A DNA stretch of 64,000 bases, taken from Blepharisma stoltei ATCC 30299 (lineage: Eukaryota; Protista; Ciliophora). The position numbers were made by a program, and so were the translations under genes. Below the pieces are notes generated by a model. It searched no databases, was not told where the DNA came from, and saw only the letters and a program-made list of their open reading frames with translations. The stretch is from contig CBFDEM010000018.1 of NCBI GenBank assembly GCA_965603825.1, positions 868,001 through 932,000 on the forward strand, written 5' to 3'. Below are positions 1 to 11,169 of this stretch, in pieces; position 1 is the first letter of the stretch; each line of letters opens with the position of its first letter.

Positions 1-304
1 CATCCATATTTCTAATTAAATCTCTAAGTTTGAATCGAAATAAATAAGTAAGAATCAATAATATTCTACCTCCTTTAATTAATGTGGTTATGGCGACGAC
101 TATATTTATTTTTATTTTATTATGCACATTTTTATAAGTTAAAATCTAAGCTAGAATTTATAAGAAACTTATATGAATTATTATAATTTTATTTTTATCA
201 GTAAGACTCAAAGGATTCGTAAATATTTAGCTTATCTTTAAATCAACTATATAGTTTTCATGTATTGTTCATAAAATCTTAATATTTTATCATCCAATAT
301 AGTA

Positions 305-1207
305 ATGGATAGAAAAACTCTTATCATCCTTGGCTTAATCGGAGCAGCTCTTCTTGTCACTGCAATTTTACTTGCAGTTTCCTTTGACAGTGTAGAATAC
401 ACTGAATACGGCCTTGACTACTCCTCAATATCAAAATCTGTCGGCACATCTCCTTATCTTGGTGGAATTTACCTATTAGGGATCGGCCACAGCTTTATCA
501 AGTTCCCAAGAACTGTGCTCACAATAGATTTTTCAAATGACGCAAAATCAGACCGCCCTCAAATTGAAAGCCGCACTTCTGATGGGCTTGAAGTCCTTCT
601 TGAAATTTCTTTCCAATACGAGCTTATTTCTGCCAATCTATACGATCTCTATATGAACTACGAGCTTAAATATCAGTATGTAATTGAAAATATTGCAATT
701 GATACCCTAACTGATCAAGCCACCAAATACACTGCCTATGACTTTTTCATGAACCGTGCTAAAATTGGCACAGAAATGCAGCAAGCACTGGACGCCCAAT
801 TAAGGAACAAGACTTACACCTCAGTACCATTTTTCCAGCTTCGTGACGTCGATTTGCCAGACGCTTTTGAATCAGCAATTCAGCTGTCTGAAGTGAAAAA
901 GCAAGACATTCAGAAAGCTAATGCAGAAATGAATAAAATTAAAGTTGAAATAGAAACTAAGCTGCTTAAGGCAAATCTCAATAAAAGTGTGACAATTAAT
1001 TTGGCTAATGGTGAGGCAGAAGCTATAAAGCAAAACAATGAAGCGGAGGTAAATGGGTTCAATGCAACTGAAATGGCTGCTATTTATGGATATCAAGCTC
1101 TTAAAGAGTCAACAAATATGACTAACCCAGATCTGTTGAACTATTTGAAAGCCAGCATTGTAGAGAACTATGATGGGGACAAGCTAGTCGTTTCTTTCAA
1201 AAAATAA
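305..1207 (+). CDS. SPFH/Band-7 (prohibitin/erlin-like) membrane protein
   Basis: N-terminal TM anchor; 'GGIYLLGIGHSFIKFP', 'SRTSDGLEVLLEISFQY', 'QLRDVDLPDAFESAI' followed by a coiled coil; TAA stop. Confidence 0.85.
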   Translation: MDRKTLIILGLIGAALLVTAILLAVSFDSVEYTEYGLDYSSISKSVGTSPYLGGIYLLGIGHSFIKFPRTVLTIDFSNDAKSDRPQIESRTSDGLEVLLEISFQYELISANLYDLYMNYELKYQYVIENIAIDTLTDQATKYTAYDFFMNRAKIGTEMQQALDAQLRNKTYTSVPFFQLRDVDLPDAFESAIQLSEVKKQDIQKANAEMNKIKVEIETKLLKANLNKSVTINLANGEAEAIKQNNEAEVNGFNATEMAAIYGYQALKESTNMTNPDLLNYLKASIVENYDGDKLVVSFKK

Positions 1208-1218
1208 TTTTAGTTAAT

Positions 1219-2736
1219 TTATTCCATATGGTCTATCAAGTTCTTAAATTTCAGCTTGTTTGCACCATAAAGTTCGTTTAGTGGATATACACGATTAGTC
1301 GATACTTGGAGAGGCTTGGGCACACGATTGTCTTGACGATTAAGTAAAGAGCTAGCTAAGGTTTTATAAGCCTTGACAAGAGAAGCTACTTGGTCTTCGC
1401 CTTCTTTAAGCTCGTTCAATTCGTTAATTGTTATGTTGTCTTTTTCTGTAGCATTTGCGTTTATTTTTTCAGTGAAATCAATAATTCCTTGCAGAGGCTC
1501 TTTAATTGATTTTGCAAGGAAATTAATCAAAATTAAAAGCACAGAAATAGTTATAACTGAACAAATCATAGTGACTCCTAATAAGACCATGCCATATTCT
1601 TGAATCTTTGCCTTGCTGTCCTCACTATAAGACATAATTTCGCTTTCTTTTACAAAAAGCATCACTAAATACCATCAGTCATCTCCAGCAACCTGAGTTT
1701 GAGCTACCACTGGATACGAGGCCACTTGATATATTTCATGATTAATTACAATATAATGGACTCCGTATGGATCCTTTTTCACTTCCTTCCAAAAGTCTGA
1801 ATCAGACAGCTTATTCATATTAGTTATATTATTGCTTCACCAGCCCCTTCCCTGCGTTTTTAATATATCGCCATTATTATAAACCACACATGTTTCTCCG
1901 CTCTGCAAATATTTTACCAATGAGAGGCCTTCATATATAGCAATAACTGGCAAATCAACAACTAAAACTCCAATTTTATTATTGCCCGCATCATAAAGAG
2001 GCATCATTAACGAAATAATAGTATTTGAAGGGTTTCCGATATGGTCTGGGTACCCTGTTGTTCCAATACTAACTTCTCCATGCTCTATATAAGTGCTATA
2101 TCATACAGTATCCATAGGATTATAATTTTTAGGCAATTGTGTGCCTGGAAATATCACTAGAAAATCAGCATTTTCAAAATATGCAATAAATCTTATTGCA
2201 ATTTGATGTGTGAGCGCAAGGACAATTCACCAAATATCATTTAGCCTTGATATCTTTTTCAGCAAATTTCTATCAAAACTGTCACTCAAATTATAATAAT
2301 TGCTGTATCGTAAGCAAACTCTTTGGTTTCCATAAACCGGAGGGTCTTTCACAAGACAGTTTTCAGGCAAATGTTGGTAATCAGTGATATTTGAAGATTC
2401 CAAAGAGTAAGCATTCTCATCAAAATCCATAGTCACTAGCATCTGCCTTATTAGCCCTCCCATAACTGAAACTTCTGTTAATTTTGAATATAAATAAGCT
2501 CCGGCTTCTCTGACAAGCCCATTCATATTGTCAACAGCCTGAGTTCCTTGTGTATTTTCGATTTTACTTACTGTATTTTCTTGTAAAAAATACAAATTGC
2601 TAAGCATAAGTGTGATAATCAATAAAAGTACAATAGCAATAGCCATTGCATAGCAGACCATCATTTGTCTTCGAATTGGTCAGGTCTTGGTAGCAGACAT
2701 TACATCTCGTCAAAAAGTCTTAAAGCAAAAGAACAT
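1219..2736 (-). CDS. TM-dCache-TM-HAMP receptor-like protein without output domain (505 aa with TGA=Trp)
   Basis: ORFs 2227-2664 and 1219-1665 are in one frame joined by TGA. Cache-like 'GYPDHIGNPSNTIISLMMPLYDAGNNKIGVLVVDL'; two TM helices; HAMP-like 'SIKEPLQGIIDFTEKI...EDQVASLVKAYKTLASSL'. Confidence 0.7.
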
Positions 2737-2985
2737 TTTAATTCAACAAATTTTACTCCCTTTACTTTGACTATATTTAATGTTAGTTTTCAAAAATTTC
2801 TTATCAAGTATCGCTGTAAGCATAGAAGTTAAATTAATTTGACTAAATAAATGATAAAGGCTTTGCTTCGGTAAACTATTAAAAGGAAAAAGATTATATT
2901 TTTGATTGAGAAAGATGGATTAATTGAAAAGCCCTCTCAAGGAAAAAGATAAATAATGATATAGATAAAGCAGCTTATAAGCGTA

Positions 2986-3645
2986 TTATTTATTACCCCA
3001 GCCAGCTTTTTTATAATTAAAAGGCATGCGTGGTCTTGCTATAAACTCTTCAACATGAGCTAAACTTCTTACATTGTCCTTATAAGAACTAAAATTTTGA
3101 GAATTTTCAGCTAAAATTCCTGGGCACATTGTCTCAATTTGATCAAGCAATTCAAATAAGTAAAAATCTATTCACGTCGGATGGTCTCCAATTAAGAATC
3201 TTTTGCCTTCTAAAAACGATCCAATTCTTATCAGCGTCGGTTTTAAGCTTTCCCTACAAAGAGGTATAAGTGACAAAGCATCAGAACTAAGGCATGGCTT
3301 TGTTGCAGCTGTTTTCAGATCCTTAAGAACTCCTTGCATCATGACTACATGAGTTTCTTCCATCATATTATTTCCCAGATAGCTTGGACTATATTTTGCT
3401 GCAACATATTCAAGTATTGCGAATGTTTCAGATAATTTGATATCTTCATCGATCCAATAAGGCAAATTAGGGAATTCCATGCCCAGGGTTTCCTTGACAT
3501 TAAGCCATTCACTTCTATCATAATCTGGAGCATCCCCTTGCTGATACATCATATCTTCAAAATCAACCTCCAGATGTCTCAGAAGCATCCTTATCGGCTC
3601 TGCATAACCCCTAAACGCCCAATACCCCAGGACAGGTCTTTGCAT
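2986..3645 (-). CDS. GST: Glutathione S-transferase, mu-class-like
   Basis: 'LGYWAFRGYAEPIRMLL', mu loop 'GDAPDYDRSEW', 'FPNLPY'; reading through TGA at 3172 gives C-terminal 'PFNYKKAGWGNK*'. Confidence 0.93.
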
Positions 3646-3668
3646 GCCTTATTATTATCATTTATATT

Positions 3669-3789
3669 AAATGTCAGGAGATATACAAGCATAAATTCCA
3701 CTAAAAATTACACTCCCGGACCTCCTATTAATGTGATATGGGATTGATGGTCACAAGACACTTAATTCTCATGAGGAGTTGTCCCATAT
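3669..3789 (-). ncRNA. Box H/ACA snoRNA candidate (two-hairpin, about 121 nt)
   Basis: Hairpin 1: lower stem AUAUGGGA/UCCCAUAU, pocket CAACUCC/CCAUCAA, upper stem UCAUGAGA/UCUUGUGA. H box ACAUUA. Hairpin 2: UAGGAG/CUCCUG and GAGUGUAA/UUAUGCUU. ACA followed by UUU. G-U pairs fit only the minus strand. Confidence 0.75.
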
Positions 3790-4809
3790 TTAATATTTGA
3801 ATTGACTTTTAATTTTAATTTTCGATGATTTCCCTTGCTTTGCTTTCATTTGTGCAGAATAAGAGTTCAAAGTTTTGCTCTTTTGGACGGGCTGCTTGTC
3901 TTTCGGGGTAGGTGATAAATTAGTTTTTTTAATGATTGCAGGCGAAAACGTGCACTGCTTGAGCTCTTCCTCTTCTTTTTTAGCCTTCCATTCTTCTATC
4001 TGTTTTTCTCTGTCTTTTTTGAGCTGATCTGCGAGCTCATATAGATTCTTTTTGTGATGCATCGGCATTTGTTTGGATTTGTCATCGATTCTCGGCTTAA
4101 AAGTGCAATCCTCTGTGATTCTGTTGTCTGGAGGAGTCGCCACTCGATTTTTTTTCTCTTTGGTTTGCTCTAAAGCAATTTCGTAGTTTCTTTTTATGAA
4201 ATCTTTAAAGTTCACTTGGGGTTTTGTCTGTTTGTTTTCTTCTGGGTTCGGCTGTGGGCTTGGTTTCTCTTTTTTCTTTGGAGTCGCCAGAGACCTGCCT
4301 TCTTTTTCCGCATACTTTACCATTAGGAGTGATTTTGGATCTAATTGCGGTTTAAACGAATATGCTTCTTCAAAGAATCTTTCTCTTTTTTCTTGTTTTT
4401 CCACTAAAAGCTTCCTGCCTTTTTCATATAAATTTTTAAAAATTACTTCAGCATCAGCTGTTGATAATTTATTTTTCCTCTTCGTTGAAGGTTGAGGAGT
4501 TTTGCTTGTTCGTGGAACTTTTGGTGAAGTTGGTAATTTAAATGTAACTTCTTCTATATCGAAATCTGGCATAAGGTCAGGAGTTCTTGAGTGTGGGTTG
4601 TCTGGAGAAAATGAAAACTCTTCTTCATCTAAAAAATCTAAAAATCTTTGATTCTCCGCTTTGGGAGGTTCAAGGACGAGAGGGTCTAATGTTGGGGATT
4701 TTGGAGATGATGAAGTAGGGGGAGGCGGAGGATTGATTGGGGCTGGAGATGCAAGGGGAGTAGATTTGAATAGGCCCAGAAGCTTTAGGGAATCCAGAGT
4801 GCTTGACAT
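3790..4809 (-). CDS. Lys/Pro/Ser-rich protein with repeated (C/Y)(T/S)F(K/S)P motifs
   Basis: 339-aa ORF; motifs YSFKPQL, CTFKPRI, CTFSPAI. Confidence 0.75.
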   Translation of the reverse strand: MSSTLDSLKLLGLFKSTPLASPAPINPPPPPTSSSPKSPTLDPLVLEPPKAENQRFLDFLDEEEFSFSPDNPHSRTPDLMPDFDIEEVTFKLPTSPKVPRTSKTPQPSTKRKNKLSTADAEVIFKNLYEKGRKLLVEKQEKRERFFEEAYSFKPQLDPKSLLMVKYAEKEGRSLATPKKKEKPSPQPNPEENKQTKPQVNFKDFIKRNYEIALEQTKEKKNRVATPPDNRITEDCTFKPRIDDKSKQMPMHHKKNLYELADQLKKDREKQIEEWKAKKEEEELKQCTFSPAIIKKTNLSPTPKDKQPVQKSKTLNSYSAQMKAKQGKSSKIKIKSQFKY

Positions 4810-4903
4810 ATTTTGTTTTTTGTAAAAATTATTGATATTTGAATTTAAGTGGAATTAATAGTGGCAAAATTATTAATAGGTAAAAGTTCTCATATAGCAG
4901 TAA

Positions 4904-5371
4904 TTATTTAGAAGACACTCTTGCTGATCTTCTGCAGTTTGGACAATCAGTTCGATGCTTTAGCCATCTCACGATACAGTCTTTGTGAAATACATGCCCA
5001 CAAGGTAATTTAATACCTTCAGCACTAGCGCTTAAACAAATAGTGCACTCCCTCATTGTTTGTCCCCTGTAAGTTGGGAATCGTGCAATTTCTTCATCAG
5101 AGAGCCCGAAGGTTGACAGTTCTTCACAATCTCTCCATAAAAATTCTAATTCTCTTGAAGGGACATCATAATAAGGGCATTGCTCATAAGAAAGCCCTTG
5201 TCCTAATTATTTTTTACTTTGCAGATTGGAAACATGGTCTATGACTGCTTCATATTCATTTTCCCAGTCAATGAAATTTAGGTTATAAGATCCAGAACCT
5301 TTAATGGGCCGATTATCTGCATATTCATTGATTTCCCTTTTTCTATCTTCTCGGTGGTTTCTTCTTTCCAT
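4904..5371 (-). CDS. RING-H2 zinc-finger protein (putative E3 ligase), one 15-nt intron
   Basis: Absent from ORF track. After splicing 5203-5217 it reads 'CTICLSASAEGIKLPCGHVFHKDCIVRWLKHRTDCPNCR'. Confidence 0.88.
5203..5217 (-). other. 15-nt spliceosomal intron
   Basis: GTAAAAAATAATTAG; removal eliminates an in-frame TAA. Confidence 0.85.
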
Positions 5372-5846
5372 GCTCCTTTATATAATTTGCCATTTAAATA
5401 GCATTTTCACATATAATTAGATTATTGTACTTTATAATAAAATCCCTAAAATATCATTATAGGTCTAGTAATTTATAAAGCGCGAAAAAGAACAAATTCG
5501 AATCAAATCTGTATTAGTCTTGACTCTTTATCTTTATGATTCAGAACAATTTGCATATACCTGTTTTGCTATTTAAATTGAAGTATAATTGCTCGCAGCT
5601 TTGGTAAAGTTTAACAATGCCACACTGATGTAAATTTATTGATAATTTTATAAACATATAAAAATATTTATGCTGATATAATTAAGTGAGTTCTTTATAG
5701 TTTTATAGGGCATATATTAAATCCAGATTTAATTTTCATTTTAATACTTGAGATAATAAGCTTTTACAAGATTTCTATTAGAAGACTAATAAATAGTTAA
5801 AATTGTGGAAAATTGATAAATCTGCTTTTTATTAGGCCATTTATAA

Positions 5847-6437
5847 ATGGAAAGTAACCTTCCTCTCCAAAGAAAGTGGGTCCTATGGGAGCAATGGGAC
5901 CAAAACAAGCAAAGCAGCACTCAGCAATTCACAGATACTATGCAGCCAATCGGCGAATTTGACAATCTACACAGTTTTTGGCAGCATTGGAATTACCTCC
6001 CTCATGCAAAACCTACAGACCTTTTCACGAACCCAGTAACCAAAACAAAAGTCATCATTGAGCCTCTTAAGAAGAACATCGAAGCAATTGGAGTTTTTGA
6101 AAGCGGGATTCAGCCAGCATGGGAAGACCCATCCAATGCTGAAGGTTCTGACCTTACTATTAGGAGAAAGTTCGAGTTTGAAAGCCTAAACCACTTCTGG
6201 GACAGATTTGTCTTTGCAGTCATTGGCGAAACCTTCCCTTTCAGCGAAGAAGTCACAGGCTGCCGCATTGTAGAAAAAGTGAACGGAATTTACAAATTCG
6301 AACTATGATTAAAATTCAACGCAAGTGACCAAAGATTTACAGAAAAAACCAAGGAACTCAAAGAGCAGATGATTAATCTTGTGTTTTCCAATTTCAGCAT
6401 AAATGATATCACCGTGAATTCTCATCGGAGCAGATAA
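5847..6437 (+). CDS. eIF4E: Translation initiation factor eIF4E family protein
   Basis: 'PLQRKWVLW', 'SFWQHW', 'IQPAWEDPSN'; TGA at 6306 supplies the conserved Trp of 'KFELW'; ends at TAA 6437. Confidence 0.92.
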
Positions 6438-6509
6438 GGTGTGTTCAACATAACTTAAAGTAATTATATTTGGTTCAATAAACCTGTGATTAAATAGCAA
6501 ACAATTAAA

Positions 6510-6932
6510 ATGGCAGAAGAAAATAAAACTAGTAAGGACGTGAAAGATGAGGGAAAAGGCCAAGAGCAGGAGCATGAAGAAGTTGACGAAGACGCAGAGC
6601 TTCGATCTATTTTTGTAGGGAATGTACATTTTCGAACCACAAAAGAAGAGCTGACTGAGTTTTTCAAAGAATGTGGCGAAATCAAGCGAATCACAATTTT
6701 GCAAGACAAATTTACAGGGCAGCCAAAAGGGTTTGCATATGTGGAGTTTGCTGATAAGGAGAGTGTCCAGTCAGCGTTGGCATATAATGATGCCACCTTT
6801 AACAGCAGACAGATAAAAGTCTTGCCAAAGCGCAAAAATCTCCCTCTAAAATACCCGCCAAGCCGATTTCACGCATATCCGAGACGAGGCCGATTTTTCA
6901 GCAGAGGCAGGTTCAGATACAGACCTTACTAG
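6510..6932 (+). CDS. PABPN1: Nuclear poly(A)-binding protein (PABPN1/PABP2-like RRM)
   Basis: 'RSIFVGNVHFRTTKEEL...RITILQDKFTGQPKGFAYVEF', Arg-rich tail ending RPY. Confidence 0.9.
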   Translation: MAEENKTSKDVKDEGKGQEQEHEEVDEDAELRSIFVGNVHFRTTKEELTEFFKECGEIKRITILQDKFTGQPKGFAYVEFADKESVQSALAYNDATFNSRQIKVLPKRKNLPLKYPPSRFHAYPRRGRFFSRGRFRYRPY

Positions 6933-6964
6933 TGATAAAGCTAATTTATTATAAACAGAATGAC

Positions 6965-8326
6965 TTAATTTTTATCCTTACTCTCCCCAAATGTGTTTTC
7001 TGTCATCTCAATTTCTCTTTTAGGGTGGCTTAATTGTGCATAATCATATTCTTGGGTCTTATTGAATTCTTCTATTGACCTCCTTTCAGGAGTATATAGC
7101 CATTCTAATAGAACTACATAGAGATTTAGTGCAGCTACATATACAAGCATAAGCTCTCCGTTCCGTGGAATAGACTGAAAAGCACCTATTCCAACCCCAA
7201 AAAAGGAAATCACCATCATGCAAAAATTTAGCTTGATGATAAATCTCTTCCTCGCTGTGAATTTTCTGATTGCAGGAATTGCTCTTATGCAGAGGTAGAG
7301 AATCCATATACCAATGATGCTTAAAAATGCAATCGCCGCGATAAATGCATTTCTATAGCTGGTTTTAAAATCGTTTTGCCAGTCGTAAGATGGATCATAT
7401 TTTAGCTGCAAATGGACATAACAATACACAATGAATAAAAGAATAAAAAAGGCACCAACTAATATGGCCTCAGCGATAAAATAAATCCATTGATTTTTGA
7501 ACTGCTTATAGCTTTGAAACTCTGCCATTCAGAAATAAAGTAAGCAGCCCACAAATTGTGTCGCACAAAATACAGAAATAAAGCTCCAAATGTGGTGTGG
7601 ATAATCGATAGAGAATAATAATAAAGGTTCATTGAATAAAACTAAAGAAAGTCCAAGAATTGCTACCATTTTTGCGTCGAAATTTCATAAATATGATGGA
7701 ATCTTTGAGGTCTGTAAGAGAAAATAAACCAGAGATGACAGAGAAAATGCAAGAAATCATGATTTTATCATGAGTTGAAAGCGGGTGAATTTTGGTGAAA
7801 TGTAGCCCAAGTCAAATTTAATATCTTCGGCAGCGATAGGGGAATAAACTTCTATTGACACATTATATATTTTGTAATTTAAGTATGGCTCATAGAAAAT
7901 CATCAAGCTGTTACATTCTCCTTGCAAACAGTCTATTGTTTTGACACTTCTTGAGTCTATCACTGGATATTGAGCAGACTTCTTTCAATTTTTTCCTTTT
8001 AAAATTACTCGCAAATCCAAATCAAATTCAACATTTTCTTTTGTTTCTGGAGTTGCTGTCAGAAAAAGTACTTGATTATATGTACTCACACCTGAAATTA
8101 CGCCACTCCATGTTTGCACATTTCCAGTATAATTGAAACAATTTGGATCATTATTGCCAGGCTCACAATCATCGACAATTACACTGGAGTAGTAAATCAT
8201 TTGAGGAGTGGAAGTTGATGCAATTGCACATCCTAAAAAGACACATAAAAATAATGATATGTGCAATATCAGCTTTTTCTTAGATAGATACTCAAGTCTA
8301 AGCTTTATGAAATCTTCTGGTTCCAT
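6965..8326 (-). CDS. TMEM181: TMEM181/Wntless-like multipass membrane protein
   Basis: Three ORFs in one frame joined by TGA; 'PKFTRFQLMIKSW', 'LFNEP', 'YFW', 'LNLYVVLLEWLYTP'. Confidence 0.75.
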
Positions 8327-9028
8327 TATTTATAAAGGTAAATTATAATTATAAAACCATAGGAGATTAAAAAATAAATGAAGAGAGATTCTATTCTCAT
8401 TAGATCATTCAATTATATTGGTGGTCACATTAGATTTTTGATACCGAGTAAAGCTACAAAGGCTTAAATATGGTTAAACAGATTTTAATTTTCATTAAAA
8501 ATTTTCTCCAAATAAGTTGTAGAATAACCCCATAATAAAATGTTTTAGATATTTTGAAAAAGTAACTCTGATCAGCCAAGATTAAAATTTATTTTTGAGA
8601 GCATACTTTTATTTCTAGTTTGAATTTTAAACAATAGTGACTTTTAATGCAACTTGAAAATTTCACTTAATTAGTTAATTTCAAAATTTTATTCCGAGAA
8701 TCTTATTAGAGATTGCTCTTATCCATTCCTAGAGCTTTAAGCGAACTAAATATTGAGATTGCTGGGAAGAACCAATTAATCTGGATGATATTTATTAAAT
8801 TTATTTTTTGAAATTGAGCTATTAAAAAATTTTTGTGCTCAAAATTTAAACAATATTGAATTAGAAACTTAAAAAGATATCTAAAATTCTATAATATTTT
8901 AAAAATTAGTTGTGAATGCCAATTAGTGTTATTGCTGATGGAATAAATAGTCTAATATAAATATTTCTGCATTATTCTTTAAAATCTTACCAGTAATTTG
9001 TAACTCGAATTTATTAAATTTCTCTTAA

Positions 9029-9737
9029 ATGGATTCTCTTGTGAACAGATGAAAATCTACAGTAGATGCACAGAAACAGCGGCAAAGATCACATTCTACC
9101 CAATCAAAAACTCACACGCAATCACCTGCAAGAGATTCCTTAAAAAGTTTAGAGAATTCTCATGACGATTCTTTTAATCATTCTAAGCAAAATCATTATC
9201 AAGATTACATAAAAGCTCAAGCTCAAAATATTATTGATATTCTTTCAATAAAAGGCCAAGATCCTCCTTCAAGTAATTTTTATTGCAGTTTCGTCTTTCA
9301 ATAAAGTTTGCAATGTAATTGGAGATATTATCAAAAATGAACGATCAAAATACAATGAAGAAAATAACCCTGAGGCTGCTAGATTGCGTGAAATGAGAGA
9401 AAGCCAACGATGAAAATCAGAGTCTATTAATAAAACCGTTTCTGATTTAGAAGCACGCCTTTTTGAATCAGAGAGAGAAAAAATATTGCTTAAAAAAGAA
9501 AAAGAGGAATTAAAAACTAAAATTGGCGAGATAAATAAACAGCTAAGCTCAGCCTTAGTAACTCAGGAAATCGTTGGGGTTTTAAAAGAATCGTTTAGGA
9601 CTGTAGAAAAATCAAATAAAGCACTGATTTCGAGTATTGATGCTATTAAATCTGCGCATAGAGAAAAAGAAAGAACATGGGAGCTGGAGATTGAACAGCT
9701 TAACAAAATTTTGGAACATCTTTATAAGGACGAATAA
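9029..9737 (+). CDS. Coiled-coil protein, one 16-nt intron
   Basis: ATG at 9029; the frame joins ORF 9486-9737 only after removing 9273-9288; two TGA read as Trp. Confidence 0.7.
9273..9288 (+). other. 16-nt spliceosomal intron
   Basis: GTAATTTTTATTGCAG; restores the reading frame. Confidence 0.75.
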
Positions 9738-9993
9738 TTTTTATAAAGTTAAATCACTAAAGAAAATCTTTATCTATTAAATTATTGATAAGTAAAGCAA
9801 AAAATCTTGAGAAGCATTCAACAATTTTTACTAATACTGAAATTTATCATTTACATTATAATAATTTAGCGATTGATTCACTGCCATTTTAATTAATCCT
9901 AATAATAATATTCCTCATGATTTCTTAATTAATGTTTAGAAAATAACTTTATTCTCCTTGTACTGACGCTCCATATTCAATATAAGCTAAATA

Positions 9994-11121
9994 ATGGAAG
10001 AGTGCGAAACCCCAAGAGTCAAACGTCTTCCCAATTTCAATTCAAGATCACCTAGAAAATATGATGCTCTTTCCCAACTTCCTAAGCTCCCTAAAAATAG
10101 GAGCGTTTCTCCTCTATTAATATCAAAGCATATTAGAGACTCCTCAAGGGAATTGCAGACTCACGTTCAAAACTTTCAAATAACATGTATAAATTGCCAA
10201 GAACTCATAAATGTCAATAGTATAGAAAGCCACTCCAAAGAGTGCATAAAAGTTACAGAAAACGTTGCAAGTATTGACTCCAGCTCATTTCTGCAACAAA
10301 CCACATTTAAGCTAGAAAAGCTTGAAAAATGTCTTGAAGATATAATTGCAACTAGAAATCTGAGGCCTGGAGATAAAAATTATTTATCAGTACTCATCAA
10401 GTTTTGTAATAAAATTGTAAAGTTTGATTATAATGAGTTTGAAGCATGTGAAGCTATAGTAAAAAATCTTGAAAACTTATTGATTTCTCATCAAGGCTCA
10501 AGCTCCTTAAAGATATACGCTGATAAGCTGTACTCGATCTCTAAAGATATGCTGGAAGCTATAAGAGAGTTAGCAATCCAGAAGAAAAAGCAAGAAATCG
10601 ATAAAATGAGGTTTGAAGTCAAGTTGTATAAAGACCAGGCTGAAATGTTGCAAAATAAAATTAATAAAAGAGTTCCAGGTTTGAAAATCGCTGATATTTC
10701 AAAGCCATTGAAAACCGTTGAAAGTGAAATAAACTTAAGAAATCTTAACACTCCTACAACTAGTAATTCAGCTACTGAAGAAGCATCACCTTTACTTGAA
10801 GAGCACTCTGAAGAGAATCTTAGTGATAAATCTGATTTACAGAGATATTTTTATGCTCTATGCTTAGGATATAAGCTTAAGCTGTCAAAAAATTCTGAAT
10901 CTAGGTATGTCTCAATTCAAAAACTATATAGCTCTGCAATTTCAAGTGCAGTACCTGCAGAGAAATGGAAGGACTGAATAGCTCATGAACTTTCCTCACC
11001 AGAAAAATGATTTGGAGATAAGCCTAAGAGCAGCAGAAGGTCACGAATGAGGACAGAAACTTCTCGAAGAGCAAAAGATTTTGAAGCGATAATTGAGGAA
11101 AGCTCAATCGACCTCTACTAA
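9994..11121 (+). CDS. Uncharacterised protein with C2HC-type Zn motif and coiled coil
   Basis: 'CINCQELI...HSKEC'; extends through two TGA codons to TAA 11121. Confidence 0.75.
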
Positions 11122-11169
11122 TTTTCCATAAGTAAGTAATGGCTTGCTATTTAACTAATGATATTAGAA

